A program made the position numbers and the translations under genes. The notes below the pieces were generated by a model. That model did no database searches. It had not been told where the DNA came from and was given only the letters and a program-made list of their open reading frames with translations. Shown here in pieces: positions 14,301 to 24,400 of a stretch of 64,000 bases of DNA. The DNA is taken from positions 11,408,001 through 11,472,000 of the forward strand of contig CM068755.1 in NCBI GenBank assembly GCA_035084275.1, written 5' to 3'. This stretch comes from Hydrolagus colliei (lineage: Eukaryota). Every line of letters starts with the position of its first letter. Position 1 is the first letter of the stretch.

Positions 14301-17300
14301 TAGTAGTCAATTAATTTGAATTTGGGGTTAAGTGTGGATTAAGAAAAGAAAAGCCAGGATAATCAGTACCTTGATGAAAAGAAGAAAAGCTAGGATAATG
14401 AGTACCTTGATCTACAATAGCTATTACCACAATGAAAAAAAATCTAGCATAGTGTTTTCACAGGGGTCAGAAATTTTTAAAATGTCTAAGTAGATGAGCA
14501 AAGGAAATAAACGCACACATCTCGTATGTTACATTTATATGCTCTTCTCCTTCTGTACAATATTTTTTTCCTACTGGGCCAACAACGCAATTCTATGTAG
14601 AGAACAGACATTTAGAAAAAAGTACTTTTCTTCCTTCAACTTACTTGAGGGCAGACACCTTCAACAACATCTACCACCACAATGGCACCATCACAAACTC
14701 GCACTGCAGTCGATACTTCAGAGGAAAAATCCACATGGCCAGGAGAGTCTATCATATTGATCAAGTACTCCTGGTTATCTGAGAAATAACAACAGCATAG
14801 TTGACATTCATCGGCCATTTGTTTTATTAAACACATGAATATATCAGATAAATTCAATTGTCCAGTTCATGTGAATTAAAACCCCAATGTGGTCCAATTT
14901 TGTACTGCTCAATTTGATTTTTCTGTTCACTAATTGAAAGTAAATGAGAGCAAAGACATTGATCGAACAGAATATTTATCATACCCAAAAGTTTGGGTTT
15001 AACTAATTACTAATGGTCAGTCTATAACGATTGTTAAATCGTCATGTGTTATTTAAGTGTGGCCCATCTCAGAGCAATGGATTATTGTGCCATCATTACC
15101 CACTCAAAACCTGAAACTAAGAAATTCCTCAGCAATTGTATGAAATCATATTTATATTAGAACTGGCACTAAACCCACTTTGAAGAAGTCCCTAGTGAGC
15201 AAATTACTAGTAGGCTCGAGTAAAAATTGGGTTCTTGATGGCTCACGTTCACCATCTGGGTTCTGCTGGTCAAAGATCAGGGATAACAGGCATAAATGTG
15301 GGACAGAATTAAGTATGAAAAACAAAGCATCTAAATAGGGAGAGACAAAGAAAGGAAAAGGGCAGGACATTTAAAAAAATACTTTTCTCTTGAGGATATT
15401 GTATTACACTTATTAATAAGGCAGTGAATGCACAAAGCAGTTAGTTTCCCTGACATAAAACTATCTTTACACCAATTATCGTGAAAGACACAATTGCTGT
15501 GTAAGAAATGTCTGACCTCAGTTCCCGCTGCCTTCACACATTTAAAATTATTATGGTAGCAGCGCACCAGAATTGCTCCTCCGATTTCAATACATGTCAA
15601 GAAAATTAGGTAAATCATTTTCTTTAAGTCAATTTATCCTGATACTGCAATTCTGATGAGAACAAAACCTGTCCAGGGCATAAAATAGTTAAAACCGAAA
15701 CTGTCATGAAACCACGGAAGCAAAAAGTAGTTGGGTACAATAGAATCTAAATCTGGGCACTCTGGCTCTATAATTCAACAGTGTGGAAACGGGTCTTAAT
15801 TCGATCCGACATATTGTATATCATATTTAATTATGTCCTAAAATTGCAGTTTGTCCTCCACAGACCTGTTGCTACTTCCCGAAATCCACCATTTCCTCCA
15901 TAAAAATGCACCAAATCACATGCAGTAATTCAGGCACTCCTCTTCAAATATCGTTGCTATCGTTCCGTTGCATAAGACTACTTTTTGGAATTTAATCAAT
16001 ATGAAAAGTTGCCAAACATGCAGCAATGTGCCGATTGTGAGTATTACACACTTTACTAAACATTTTCAAATACAGATGGGCCAAAATACGTTTGTCACAT
16101 CCTTAAGATCAATTTCAGGCTGTTTCATTCATACAATTTACTACCTCTCTACTTCTGGGTGGGGGTCTGAAATGTAAAAGACTGCATCCGCCTACAAAAT
16201 ATGTAGTATATTCTGAGAAGCACTTTGAAATGTTTCGAAGACATGATAAGGCTCCATATAAAATGCAAGGATTATTATTATTATACTTCACAAAAACATT
16301 GGAAATTTAGGACTGTACAGTATTTCCCACGAATTAAAACAATATATTTTTTTAAAGTCTCTGTCAGATTCAGTTTGTTGTGCAAATAGAGATTAAACAC
16401 ATTATTCTTGGCACAGCCAATTCTAACAATTAGCAAGACGCATCCCATTGTATCAAATGGTCTCAATCTTTGATCATCTTGCTAATAATAATAACCTTTG
16501 CATTGATATATTGTCTTATCACGTCTTTGAGATGTCTCAAAGGCTTCACAGCAGGGTGAAACACGAAGGGGAGGTAAAAGAGTTCGGGGTGGAACAAAAG
16601 GCACGATCGAAGAGGAAAGTCTTCAAACCGGCCTTGAAAGAGGAAAGGGAAGAGACAAAATTGAGGGATTGAGGGATGGCATTCCATAGGGTGGGAGCGG
16701 AGAAACTGAAGGCCCGGCCTCCGATGGTGGGGCGGTTCGGGCGGGGGGCTTGGAGCAGGCCAAGTCTTGTTGAACGGAGGGTCCGGGTGAGCGTGTAGGG
16801 GGAGAGTAGATTGGTTAAATAGGGTGTGGCAAGGCCGTGTAAGGCCTTGTAGGTGAGGACGAGGATCTTGAACTCGATCCTCTGGAGGATGGGGAGCCAA
16901 TGGAGACGGGCGAGGGTGGGGGTTATGTGGTCGCGGAGGCGGGTGCGGGATAGTACACGGGCTGCAGAGTTTTGGATGACGTGCAGCCTGTGAATGGAGG
17001 AACTGGGGAGGCCGACGAGGAGAGAATTTCCGTAGTCCAGCCGTGAGGTGATGTATGCATGCACGAGTGTTTCGGCAGCGCGGGGGGTAAGATAGTTGCG
17101 GAGCCTGGCAATGTTGCGCAGGTGGAAATAAGCGGTGCCGGTCAAGGCGCGGATGTGGGGGAGGAAGGAAAGTTTTTGATCGAACATGATGCCGAGGTTC
17201 CTGATTGGCTTTGTGAGGTGTAGAGTGCAGCCTTGGATGTTGAGGCTGGCAGCACCCGATGTGCGGAGGCGCTGGCTTGAGCCAATCAGGAGGGCCTCGG

Positions 17301-18730
17301 TCTTACTCACGTTCAATTGCAAAACGTTGTCCCTCGTCCACGACTCGATGTCGGACAGACATGCTGTCAGAACATCGATCGTCTGGGGGTTGAGGGATGA
17401 AGCAGAAAGGTACAACTGGGTGTCGTCCGCATACATGTGGAAATTTACCCCATGTTTGCGGATGACGTCGCCCAGAGGGAGCGTGTAAAGGGTGAAAAGG
17501 AGGGGACCGAGGACAGAGCCCTGAGGGACGCCGTAAGAAACTGTGCGGGGGTTTGAAGAAAAACCATTGGAAGAAACAAAATGTAAACGGTGGGTCAAAT
17601 AAGAGTGGAACCAGTCAAGGACTGTGCCTTGAAGGTTGAGGTGGGAGGAAAGACGTTGAAGGAGGATGGTGTGATCGACTGTGTCGAACGCAGCGGACAG
17701 GTCAAGGAGGACGAGGAGGCAGAGAGAGCCCTGGTCACAGGCGGTTAGGATGTCATTTGTGACCTTGACCAGGGCAGTTTCTGTGCTGTGGATAGGGCGG
17801 AAACCTGATTGGAGGGGTTCAAGAAGTGAGTGAGTTGAGAGGAAAGAGCGGAGCTGGGAGGCAACCACTCTTTCAAGGACCTTGGATAAAAACGGGAGGT
17901 TGGAGATGGGTCGATAACTTGATGGTTGCGACGCATCAAGGGAGGTTAAATGTAACATTAAATGTTACATTAAATGTAAGTAAGTTATTTAATTACCTTT
18001 AGCGAAATATAATGATATAGAGCTCGACTTCATCGTGATTCCTCTGATCTGCTCATCTTCCCGGCTATCCATGTACCGCAGCTACAAAAGGAAAACATGT
18101 CAAATTCTTTGACTTTGGTTTATATTAGAGTGAAGTTCCAAAAGATTATATTTTGTAAATGATTTATACAGTGTTGTTAGGCACTTCATCTATTACCGTC
18201 ATGCACTTTTCTTGTTAAAAATCGCTTACCTTTCCTGCAAGTCGTTTAGAAATTATCCCATTGCTAGCAATAAGGCTGTCAGCTATAGTGGTCTTACCTA
18301 AAAATTGTGCAACAAAACAGGTGTTAATTAAGTTTTGTTGGGGTTAAAGATTCGACATTTCTGAAATTACCATACTGAAACTACAGATTTGTTATAATGT
18401 GAAGAAGGGTCAGATTTGTGAAGAATATACATAAAGTATATCATTTAATATTGCAATCATTCAATATATCATTCAAGAATTAAAGATATGCACAGGTGGG
18501 TTTACTTACTATTGAGGATAAGAATAATTCAGTTGATATGGAAATTTAAAAAAAAAACTATAACAATAAATTACTTTGTTTAGCGCCTTTCATGTTTCAA
18601 TTAATACACGATTGTGAGCTTAAAGTAAAGAAACCTTACCATGATCCACATGAGCTACAATACAAATATTTCGGATGTTGGCAGTTTTGTTCTGCAGAGC
18701 AATTATTTTTTCCAAACTGGTATGACCCAT
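2186..18730 (-). CDS. EFL1: Elongation factor-like GTPase 1 (EFTUD1/RIA1), 5' part; join(18640-18730,18230-18297,17997-18081,14645-14778,13551-13688,12930-13144,6553-6676,6017-6096,4535-4671,2186-2308); continues beyond the left edge
   Basis: Ten phase-consistent GT-AG exons (1195 nt) translate to [34 protein letters not shown]...[18 protein letters not shown]...[12 protein letters not shown]...NKMD...[10 protein letters not shown]...[12 protein letters not shown]1, G2, G3 and G4 motifs of EF-2-like GTPases are present and the sequence closely resembles vertebrate EFL1 as I recall it. Confidence 0.97.
2309..4534 (-). other. EFL1: U12-type (minor spliceosome) GT-AG intron of EFL1
   Basis: 5' splice site GTATCCTAT; branch site TTCCTTGAC at 2322-2330, about 15 nt from the 3' AG. 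Confidence 0.88.
4535..4671 (-). CDS. EFL1: EFL1 coding exon 9 (DKEKITKIV...[10 protein letters not shown])
   Basis: TAG acceptor; donor is GTATCCT (U12-type). Confidence 0.93.
6017..6096 (-). CDS. EFL1: EFL1 coding exon 8 ([26 protein letters not shown])
   Basis: CCCAG acceptor, GTAAGA donor. Confidence 0.94.
6553..6676 (-). CDS. EFL1: EFL1 coding exon 7 ([13 protein letters not shown]...KGAQ)
   Basis: TTTTTTTTGCAG acceptor, GTATGT donor, LWGDYY motif. Confidence 0.95.
7138..7440 (+). mobile_element. Internally deleted 3' fragment of the (TTG)n-tail L2
   Basis: Similar to 54885-55479, including ctgactgttcagcgcc...gacgtgaaagg...ttgttgttg. Confidence 0.8.
8850..9080 (-). mobile_element. L2 3' fragment
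   Basis: Translates to [11 protein letters not shown] and carries the shared tail stem-loop. Confidence 0.75.
10915..11088 (+). mobile_element. SINE 3' half (same family)
   Basis: Body plus tail hairpin AGCGCTTT...AAAGCGCT and ttattattatt. Confidence 0.8.
12243..12880 (+). mobile_element. tRNA-derived Deu-domain-like SINE with a nested L2 tail and a tandem second SINE 3' half
   Basis: A box TAGCTTAGTGG, B box GGTTTGATTCC, body tgtggga...gctgtgcgcaa...gctgccgcgtttc, L2-like tail ...atcaaatgcaaggattat. Confidence 0.85.
12930..13144 (-). CDS. EFL1: EFL1 coding exon 6 (INAVTGSLF...DGWGF)
   Basis: AAG acceptor, GTATAG donor, 215 nt open and in phase. Confidence 0.94.
13551..13688 (-). CDS. EFL1: EFL1 coding exon 5 ([26 protein letters not shown]...LEQ)
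   Basis: CAG acceptor, GTAAAG donor, G4 motif NKMD; absent from the ORF track. Confidence 0.95.
14645..14778 (-). CDS. EFL1: EFL1 coding exon 4 ([17 protein letters not shown]...EGVCPQ)
   Basis: CAG acceptor, GTAAGT donor, G3 motif DSPGH. Confidence 0.96.
16483..17946 (-). mobile_element. 5'-truncated L2/CR1-group LINE with uninterrupted RT-domain frame (ORF 16546-17958, 470 aa) and (TAT)n tail
   Basis: [50 protein letters not shown] and LHWLP motifs typical of L2 ORF2; sharp GC shift; 3' stem-loop and TATTATT tail. Confidence 0.95.
17997..18081 (-). CDS. EFL1: EFL1 coding exon 3 ([28 protein letters not shown])
   Basis: TTTTGTAG acceptor, GTAATT donor, switch I RGIT motif. Confidence 0.95.
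18230..18297 (-). CDS. EFL1: EFL1 coding exon 2 ([23 protein letters not shown])
   Basis: TAG acceptor, GTAAGC donor, completes the P-loop. Confidence 0.95.
18640..18730 (-). CDS. EFL1: EFL1 first coding exon (MGHTSLEK...AHVDH G)
   Basis: Acceptor TTTACAG ends at 18744, ATG at 18730, donor GTAAGG at 18639. Confidence 0.93.
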
Positions 18731-19639
18731 TTTTCATTGCATTCTGTAAAAGTACAATTATGTATTAATATATTTATAATTCCACACATATATGGGCAGA
18801 ATATTTTAAAGTAACACATACCATTCTTTTGATATATTATAATTCACTAGACCATTTCAAAATTATACTGTTGGACAGAATACTAGAGTCTGATTGAAGA
18901 ACAAACCAACTATAGCAGTAAAAACTACAGGAGGAGGAATTAACTGTTGAGGCAACAAGAATGAGGTACAGAGTAAATTTAAGAATGGATTGGCTATCAA
19001 TGCATTATGTATTATAACATCCCCTTTGAAGTGATGCAATGGCATGAGTCATTCTTGAACATTTTCATCTGAAAGTTTGCATGTATTATACTACAGTAGA
19101 AAAAAACAGTTGGTGATCTTCAACTTGCAGTTGACAAGCTTGAAAACAGCTTGAGACAAGATGTTCTGATGTCTCCCTCTTTCGGGAGTGTCTGCTATAT
19201 AGTGTTTGCTATACAGTATAACAAACTACATTCTTGCTCACTTCAGTGTGCAAAGTGGTAAAATTAATGTTGTATTACATAACTTATACATAGTGGCTAT
19301 TTTATAGGTTTAGTCCATGTGTAAGAAATTTGTACATATGGTATGTAGGAAATTTAGGTCTATTCACTAGATGTAATCTAAAAAAAAGCTTCATTTGCAC
19401 AAACAACCCGTCAAGCTACCTGTACCAACATAAACAAGGCTAATTTCACCTGCCTAAAAAATTTACATCATTCAGAGATATTGATAAATAAGCATTTGAG
19501 ATTTTAACATGCACTTCCCTCAACAAAGTGTCTACATAACTAAGAAAGTAATTGTAGCAAACTCGAGGATTATTATTGTTGTTTTATTTTTTTATATGGT
19601 TGGGAGGTACTTAATTATCATGATAGTGATGGAGGCAAA

Positions 19640-20770
19640 AGGGGGGTGGTGGGTGAGGAGGTGACACGGTGGGGGGGGGCAAAGAGGTTGTGAGGCTGGA
19701 GGGGGTTGTTGGTTGTTCTGAGTGGGGGGGGGGAGAGGGCATGGGGTTGCTGAGAGGGCGTAGGGGGGTGGCAGATGGATGTTGGGGGGGAAGAGGACGG
19801 GGGTTGTTGAGGGGAGGGGGGGTAGAGAGGTCAGGGGGTTGTTGAAGGGGGGGGCGCGGAGAGAGCAGAGGGATGTTGAGGGAGGCGGAGGGGGCAGGGG
19901 ATTGTTGAAAGGTGGGGGGGGGGGGAAGAGGAGAGAGGTGGTTGTTGTTGTGGAGGGGGGAGGAGAGAGGGTAGGGGGTTGTTGAGGGGAGTGGGGAGGA
20001 GAGGGCGATGGGAGGGGAGGGCAGGGGGATGTTGAGGGGGGGGAGGAGAGGGCAGGGGATTGTTATGGGGTGGGGGGAGTAGTTGAGGGGAGAGGGTTGA
20101 TGGGGGGAGGGGGAGGAGAGGGCAGGGGGTTAGTTGAGGGGAGAGGGTTGATGGGGGAGGAGAGGGCAGGGGGTTAGTTGAGGGGAGAGGGTTGATGGGG
20201 GGAGGGGGAGGAGAGGGCAGGGGGTTAGTTGAGGGGAGAGGGTTGATGGGGGGAGGGGGAGGAGAGGGCAGGGGAGTAGTTGAGGGGAGAGGGTTGATGG
20301 GGGGAGGGGGAGGAGAGGGCAGGGGGTTAGTTGAGGGGAGAGGGTTGGAGGGGGAGGAGAGGGCAGGGGGTTATTTGAGGGGAGAGGGTTGATGGGGGAG
20401 GGAGAGGGTTGATGGGGGAGGGGGAGGAGACGGCAGGGGTTAGTTGAGGGGAGAGGGTTGATGGGGGGAGTGGGAGGAGAGGGCAGGGGGTTACTTGAGG
20501 GGAGAGGGTTGATGGGGGAGGGGGAGGAGAGGGCAGGGGGTTATTTGAGGGGAGAGGGTTGATGGGGGGAGGGGGAGGAGACGGCAGGGGTTAGTTGAGG
20601 GGAGAGGGTTGATGGGGGGAGGGGGAGGAGAGGGCAGGGGGTTAGTTGAGGGGAGAGGGTTGATGGGGGAGGGGGAGGAGAGGGCAGGGGAGTAGTTGAG
20701 GGGAGAGGGTTGATGGGGGGAGGGGGAGGAGAGGGCAGGGGGTTAGTTGAGGGGGGGGGGGGGGGGAGGG
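19640..20770 (+). repeat. G-rich minisatellite, ~50-bp unit, about 14 well-conserved copies (~20060-20750) with degenerate copies to the left, ending in poly-G
   Basis: Unit approximately GGGGGAGGGGGAGGAGAGGGCAGGGGGTTAGTTGAGGGGAGAGGGTTGAT. Confidence 0.95.
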
Positions 20771-21230
20771 TGTACAAGGCGAGCAGAGGTGACCCGTGAA
20801 GTTAAAGCGCCGGTCACAGGAGGCCGGCACGTGATGAGCGCAGCCATACGCGAACAAGGCGGACAGAGAGAGACAACTCTCTTCGTCATCACCTTACCCT
20901 GGGAGGTGAAAGGCAGCAGCAGCAACAGCAGCAACTGGATAAAGAAAAACTCTCTCTATCTCTCTGTCCACCCACCAAACAAAAAAAACACACACCGGCG
21001 ACCGAGCTGTGAAGCCTCACGACTGTCAGTCTTGTGTCGTCAGTCAGTTCGCGCCAATGTTCCGGAAGCGGAGGCCCTCTCTCACCTCTGACCTTCGAAC
21101 CGCCCCGCCCCGCGTTGCGCCGTTGCCAGGGACGCGGCTGTTGCCAGGGACACCCCGGCGCTTGCCTGGAGACCGGGCGGGTCCTTATTGGGACACAATA
21201 AAGGCTTGAAAAGAGAGCGAGAGTCACACA
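20770..21230. promoter_or_regulatory. CpG-island bidirectional promoter shared by EFL1 and SAXO2
   Basis: CpG-dense stretch between divergent genes. E-box CACGTG 20828-20833, CCAAT ~21054, ETS/GABP CCGGAAG 21062-21068, GC boxes ~21100-21111 and RFX-like motifs 21122-21173. Confidence 0.8.
20898..21050 (-). other. EFL1: Probable non-coding first exon of EFL1 (5' boundary uncertain)
   Basis: Strong donor CAGG|GTAAGG at 20897 inside the CpG island; alternative donor GAG|GTGAGA at 21085. Confidence 0.5.
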
Positions 21231-21289
21231 GAGAGAGCAACAGCTAGTACTGTATAATAGTGTTCAGAGCCTTATTGTCTTTAACCCAC

Positions 21290-21331
<42 letters not shown>

Positions 21332-21360
21332 CTCCCCCCCCCCCCCCCCCCCCCCCCCCC
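21290..21360 (+). repeat. Compound microsatellite (CT)n-(TA)n-(C)n just upstream of the SAXO2 start codon
   Basis: Directly visible. Confidence 0.95.
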
Positions 21361-21407
21361 ACACTTTCTTTGCCATGAGAACAGAGTAAACAGCTAGAAG
21401 GAAAAAA

Positions 21408-21454
21408 ATGACCAGACTCAACCAAAAATGTATCTGCGAGATCTGCATCTGTGG
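21408..21454 (+). CDS. SAXO2: SAXO2 coding exon 1 (MTRLNQKCICEICICG)
   Basis: AAAATGA start context, GG|GTAAGT donor, SAXO-family CxCxxCxCG motif. Confidence 0.9.
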
Positions 21455-24400
21455 GTAAGTTGAGAGCAATGTTTCCTAAATGATAGGGGGAGATGGGGGG
21501 GGGGGGGGGGATAATGACTGACAGTGGAAGGTCAGACCGAAACCAGCGAATGTCATTTGTTTCTCAAGAACCTACATCAGTTAAGGTTTCCGCTGGGGAA
21601 ATAATATCTCGGGGATGCAGGGTGTAGTTTGGGATACGACACGTCAAGCCACTCAACCAGGGTGGATGGATAGGCGGTAGGTGAACCAGATGGACCTTGG
21701 TCTACTTTCGCCTGCCACATTCTTATGTTCTTACGATACTGCCTGGAAAACGCCACACTCCCATAAAACTTCCATCGAATCGGGCGGGTGGTGTTTGGGT
21801 TTGGGAATTGCGGCCAGCACGGTTTTACTTTAAGTCACGGTTTTAGTGGTTTCATGAATTGGTATTTCTTCCAATATATATTCACAGCTTGTAATCTTCT
21901 TGTCTAAATCTTACTGCAAGACAGGATTTTTGACCTGTGAAAAGGTTACATTTGATATAATGTTATATTACTAGTGTATGCAAAGATCTTCAGTGTGTAT
22001 GAGTGGAAGTGCGAAAGTTACATTTTTGGGGAAGTGTAGGCTCTAAAATATGTTATCTTCTAAGTACTCTGAGATGCCGTTTCGCGTGAAGGGCACTATA
22101 TAAATGCAAGTTGTTCTTGTTCTTAATTTTTGAATCCTGAGGTTTGTCCAACTCTTCCTCATTCCAAAGACTTATAAACATAAATGTGTATGGTTGATCC
22201 CACATCATATTTTGCCACAAAGTTAGAAATGCCTTTCTATGCTTTAAATAAAGGAGAAGATCACACAATTCCAAAATGGCCACTTGCATTCCCTTTAATC
22301 CAATTCCATTATTCCATTGTATATTTGGTAACCAGTGAAGGCTCACTGAGGCTTTTTTTGATTCATGCCTTGAACGTGCCAATACAATATTGCTAATTTA
22401 TAAGAAAGGGAAAAATAGCTGCTTGTCTAAAACCAATATGCATTTCTGGGAGTAGTTCTTTCTCACCTCTGTTTTTATTACCCTAATCAGATATCCTACT
22501 AATCTTGTCCCCTGATCCCCTACCAATGGAAAGAGTTTATCAGGATTAAATTCTCAAAACCTTTCAGTATCTCACCATAAGCTTTCATTTTTCTTTATAT
22601 ATTTATCCATTTCTCTTTGATACATCATGAAATGTTCTTCAACACATTTGTTAATGAAAATATAAAAAGGAATTTCTCCAACCTTGCTATTCTACAAATT
22701 GAGGTGCATCGCCCCATCCCTTCCACCTGCCATCAATGGCCAAGCTATTACTGTCACTACCCTCTGGAATGCCTTCCCTCTACCCATCTTGCCCCATAAA
22801 TCCATCTTCAAAAGCTTCCTAATAACCTATACTGTTTACGTTTGTTCACCTCTCTCCTTTACTAAGTTGATATATCATAGGGAATATCAGAGCATTAACC
22901 TTACCAGCAGACCTCACATGGGTGCATCCAATAGAGATCACTGGATTATGAACAGGATTTTCCTCCCTCAATTCTTGATGCAGCAGTAAGTGGCAATTTT
23001 AACACTATAGTAATTGCAAAGTCCTCCAAAGCAAGAAGACAAAGAAAAACATTCCCATAAGATAAATAATTCAGAAATCATTGATGTTCACAAATCTGGG
23101 CCTTTTTTTAGAAAAAACATGTGCCCAATTTTTTTTCTTATTTTCTGCCCCAGGCCTGGCTTGTTGGGAATTCCTGTTGACAATTGGTTGCCCTCTAGCC
23201 AACTACTCAACTGGCTATTGTACAAGTGTGGAACGTCTTGATAGTGAGTCTCAGCAAGCCAATGGACTACACAGGACCTCACACCTGAGCCTGACCTCCA
23301 TCCACCCAGCTGCCACACTGTCACAGAACCTGTAGAGGGGGCTGTAGAACCATGGGAACCAGGAACAAGAACAATTATAATGCTGACAGGGTCACACTAG
23401 CTAATATTGTACAAGGATGGTTTTCAAGGGGTTAATCAGTTAATCAGCCTTTCTGCAGCTATGTAGGTACTCCAACAGAGTTGTTCTTAGGATGTGTAAC
23501 TCTAGTACAATGCAATTACTGGTGTCGAATCTGTTGTAGTAATGGAAACCAACCTAACCCATGATAAACGAGGAACAATGAATTATGGGCAAATAATCTG
23601 GTGACCTCGAGCTGCATAATTCACGAGCACCAGATATGCAATGGTTCACAACTGGAAAGACTATACTGTATTTATATATTAGAATTATACAACACGTGTG
23701 GTGGTTGACAGACTTTGTGCGTATAGGTTTGCAGAAGGCCTATGTAGAGTGGCCATGATTGTGATGTCATATTCAAAATACTGAATAATCGATAGCATTA
23801 AAACCATTCTTATCTCATTGACTCTGTCTGTCACTGTATTGCCATGTCACACACAAGAATAGATTAAAGGATTGATGTCTTTAACAAGATGTGTTGCACA
23901 ATAATTGGATGGTTCTAGCAAGATAAGATACGGGAAGTTTACCAGCATTCTGTTTTATACAACCTTAATTTTGCCCTCCACATCTGTGATCTCCTAGCCC
24001 CCTACTATACCAATCTGTCTGTCCCACCACTCAGTGGGCTTTAGCCTGCTCCAAGTCCCCTGATCCACCTATTCCACCAATGGCAGACGAGCCTTCAGCC
24101 ACTCTCCGCCCAACCTCATGAGCTAGAGTTCCAAGACTCAGCTGATGGTCTAATTGCTTAGCCCCTGCCTAGCCTTCTTCAAGTCCCGCCTCACAATACC
24201 ATCCTCTTTGACCGTGTCATCAATCACACCCCTTCCCCCCAACCCTCCCCGAGCCCTAACCCACCTCTGGTCCAAAACATTGACTGGCCAGTGCCTTGGG
24301 ACATCCATCCGACATGAAAAGCACTCTACAACTAATTTTGTTGATGTGGTATAGGGTATGGTTTAACAAGTGCAGTATTACCTCAGTGTGTTCGTTGGAG

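Noticed and set aside
14341-14411. Short direct repeats (also ~8711-8744 and ~31122-31262) as a CRISPR-like or regulatory array
   Set aside because: Only two copies each with no spacer architecture; ordinary slippage duplications in eukaryotic introns.
17946-17996. EFL1-LINE RT fusion protein by intron read-through
   Set aside because: Reading on from the exon gives AAA GGT AAT TAA, a stop before the LINE.
19779-20934. Gly-rich and Pro-rich ORFs on both strands
   Set aside because: They are translations of the G-rich minisatellite, with no splice or homology support.
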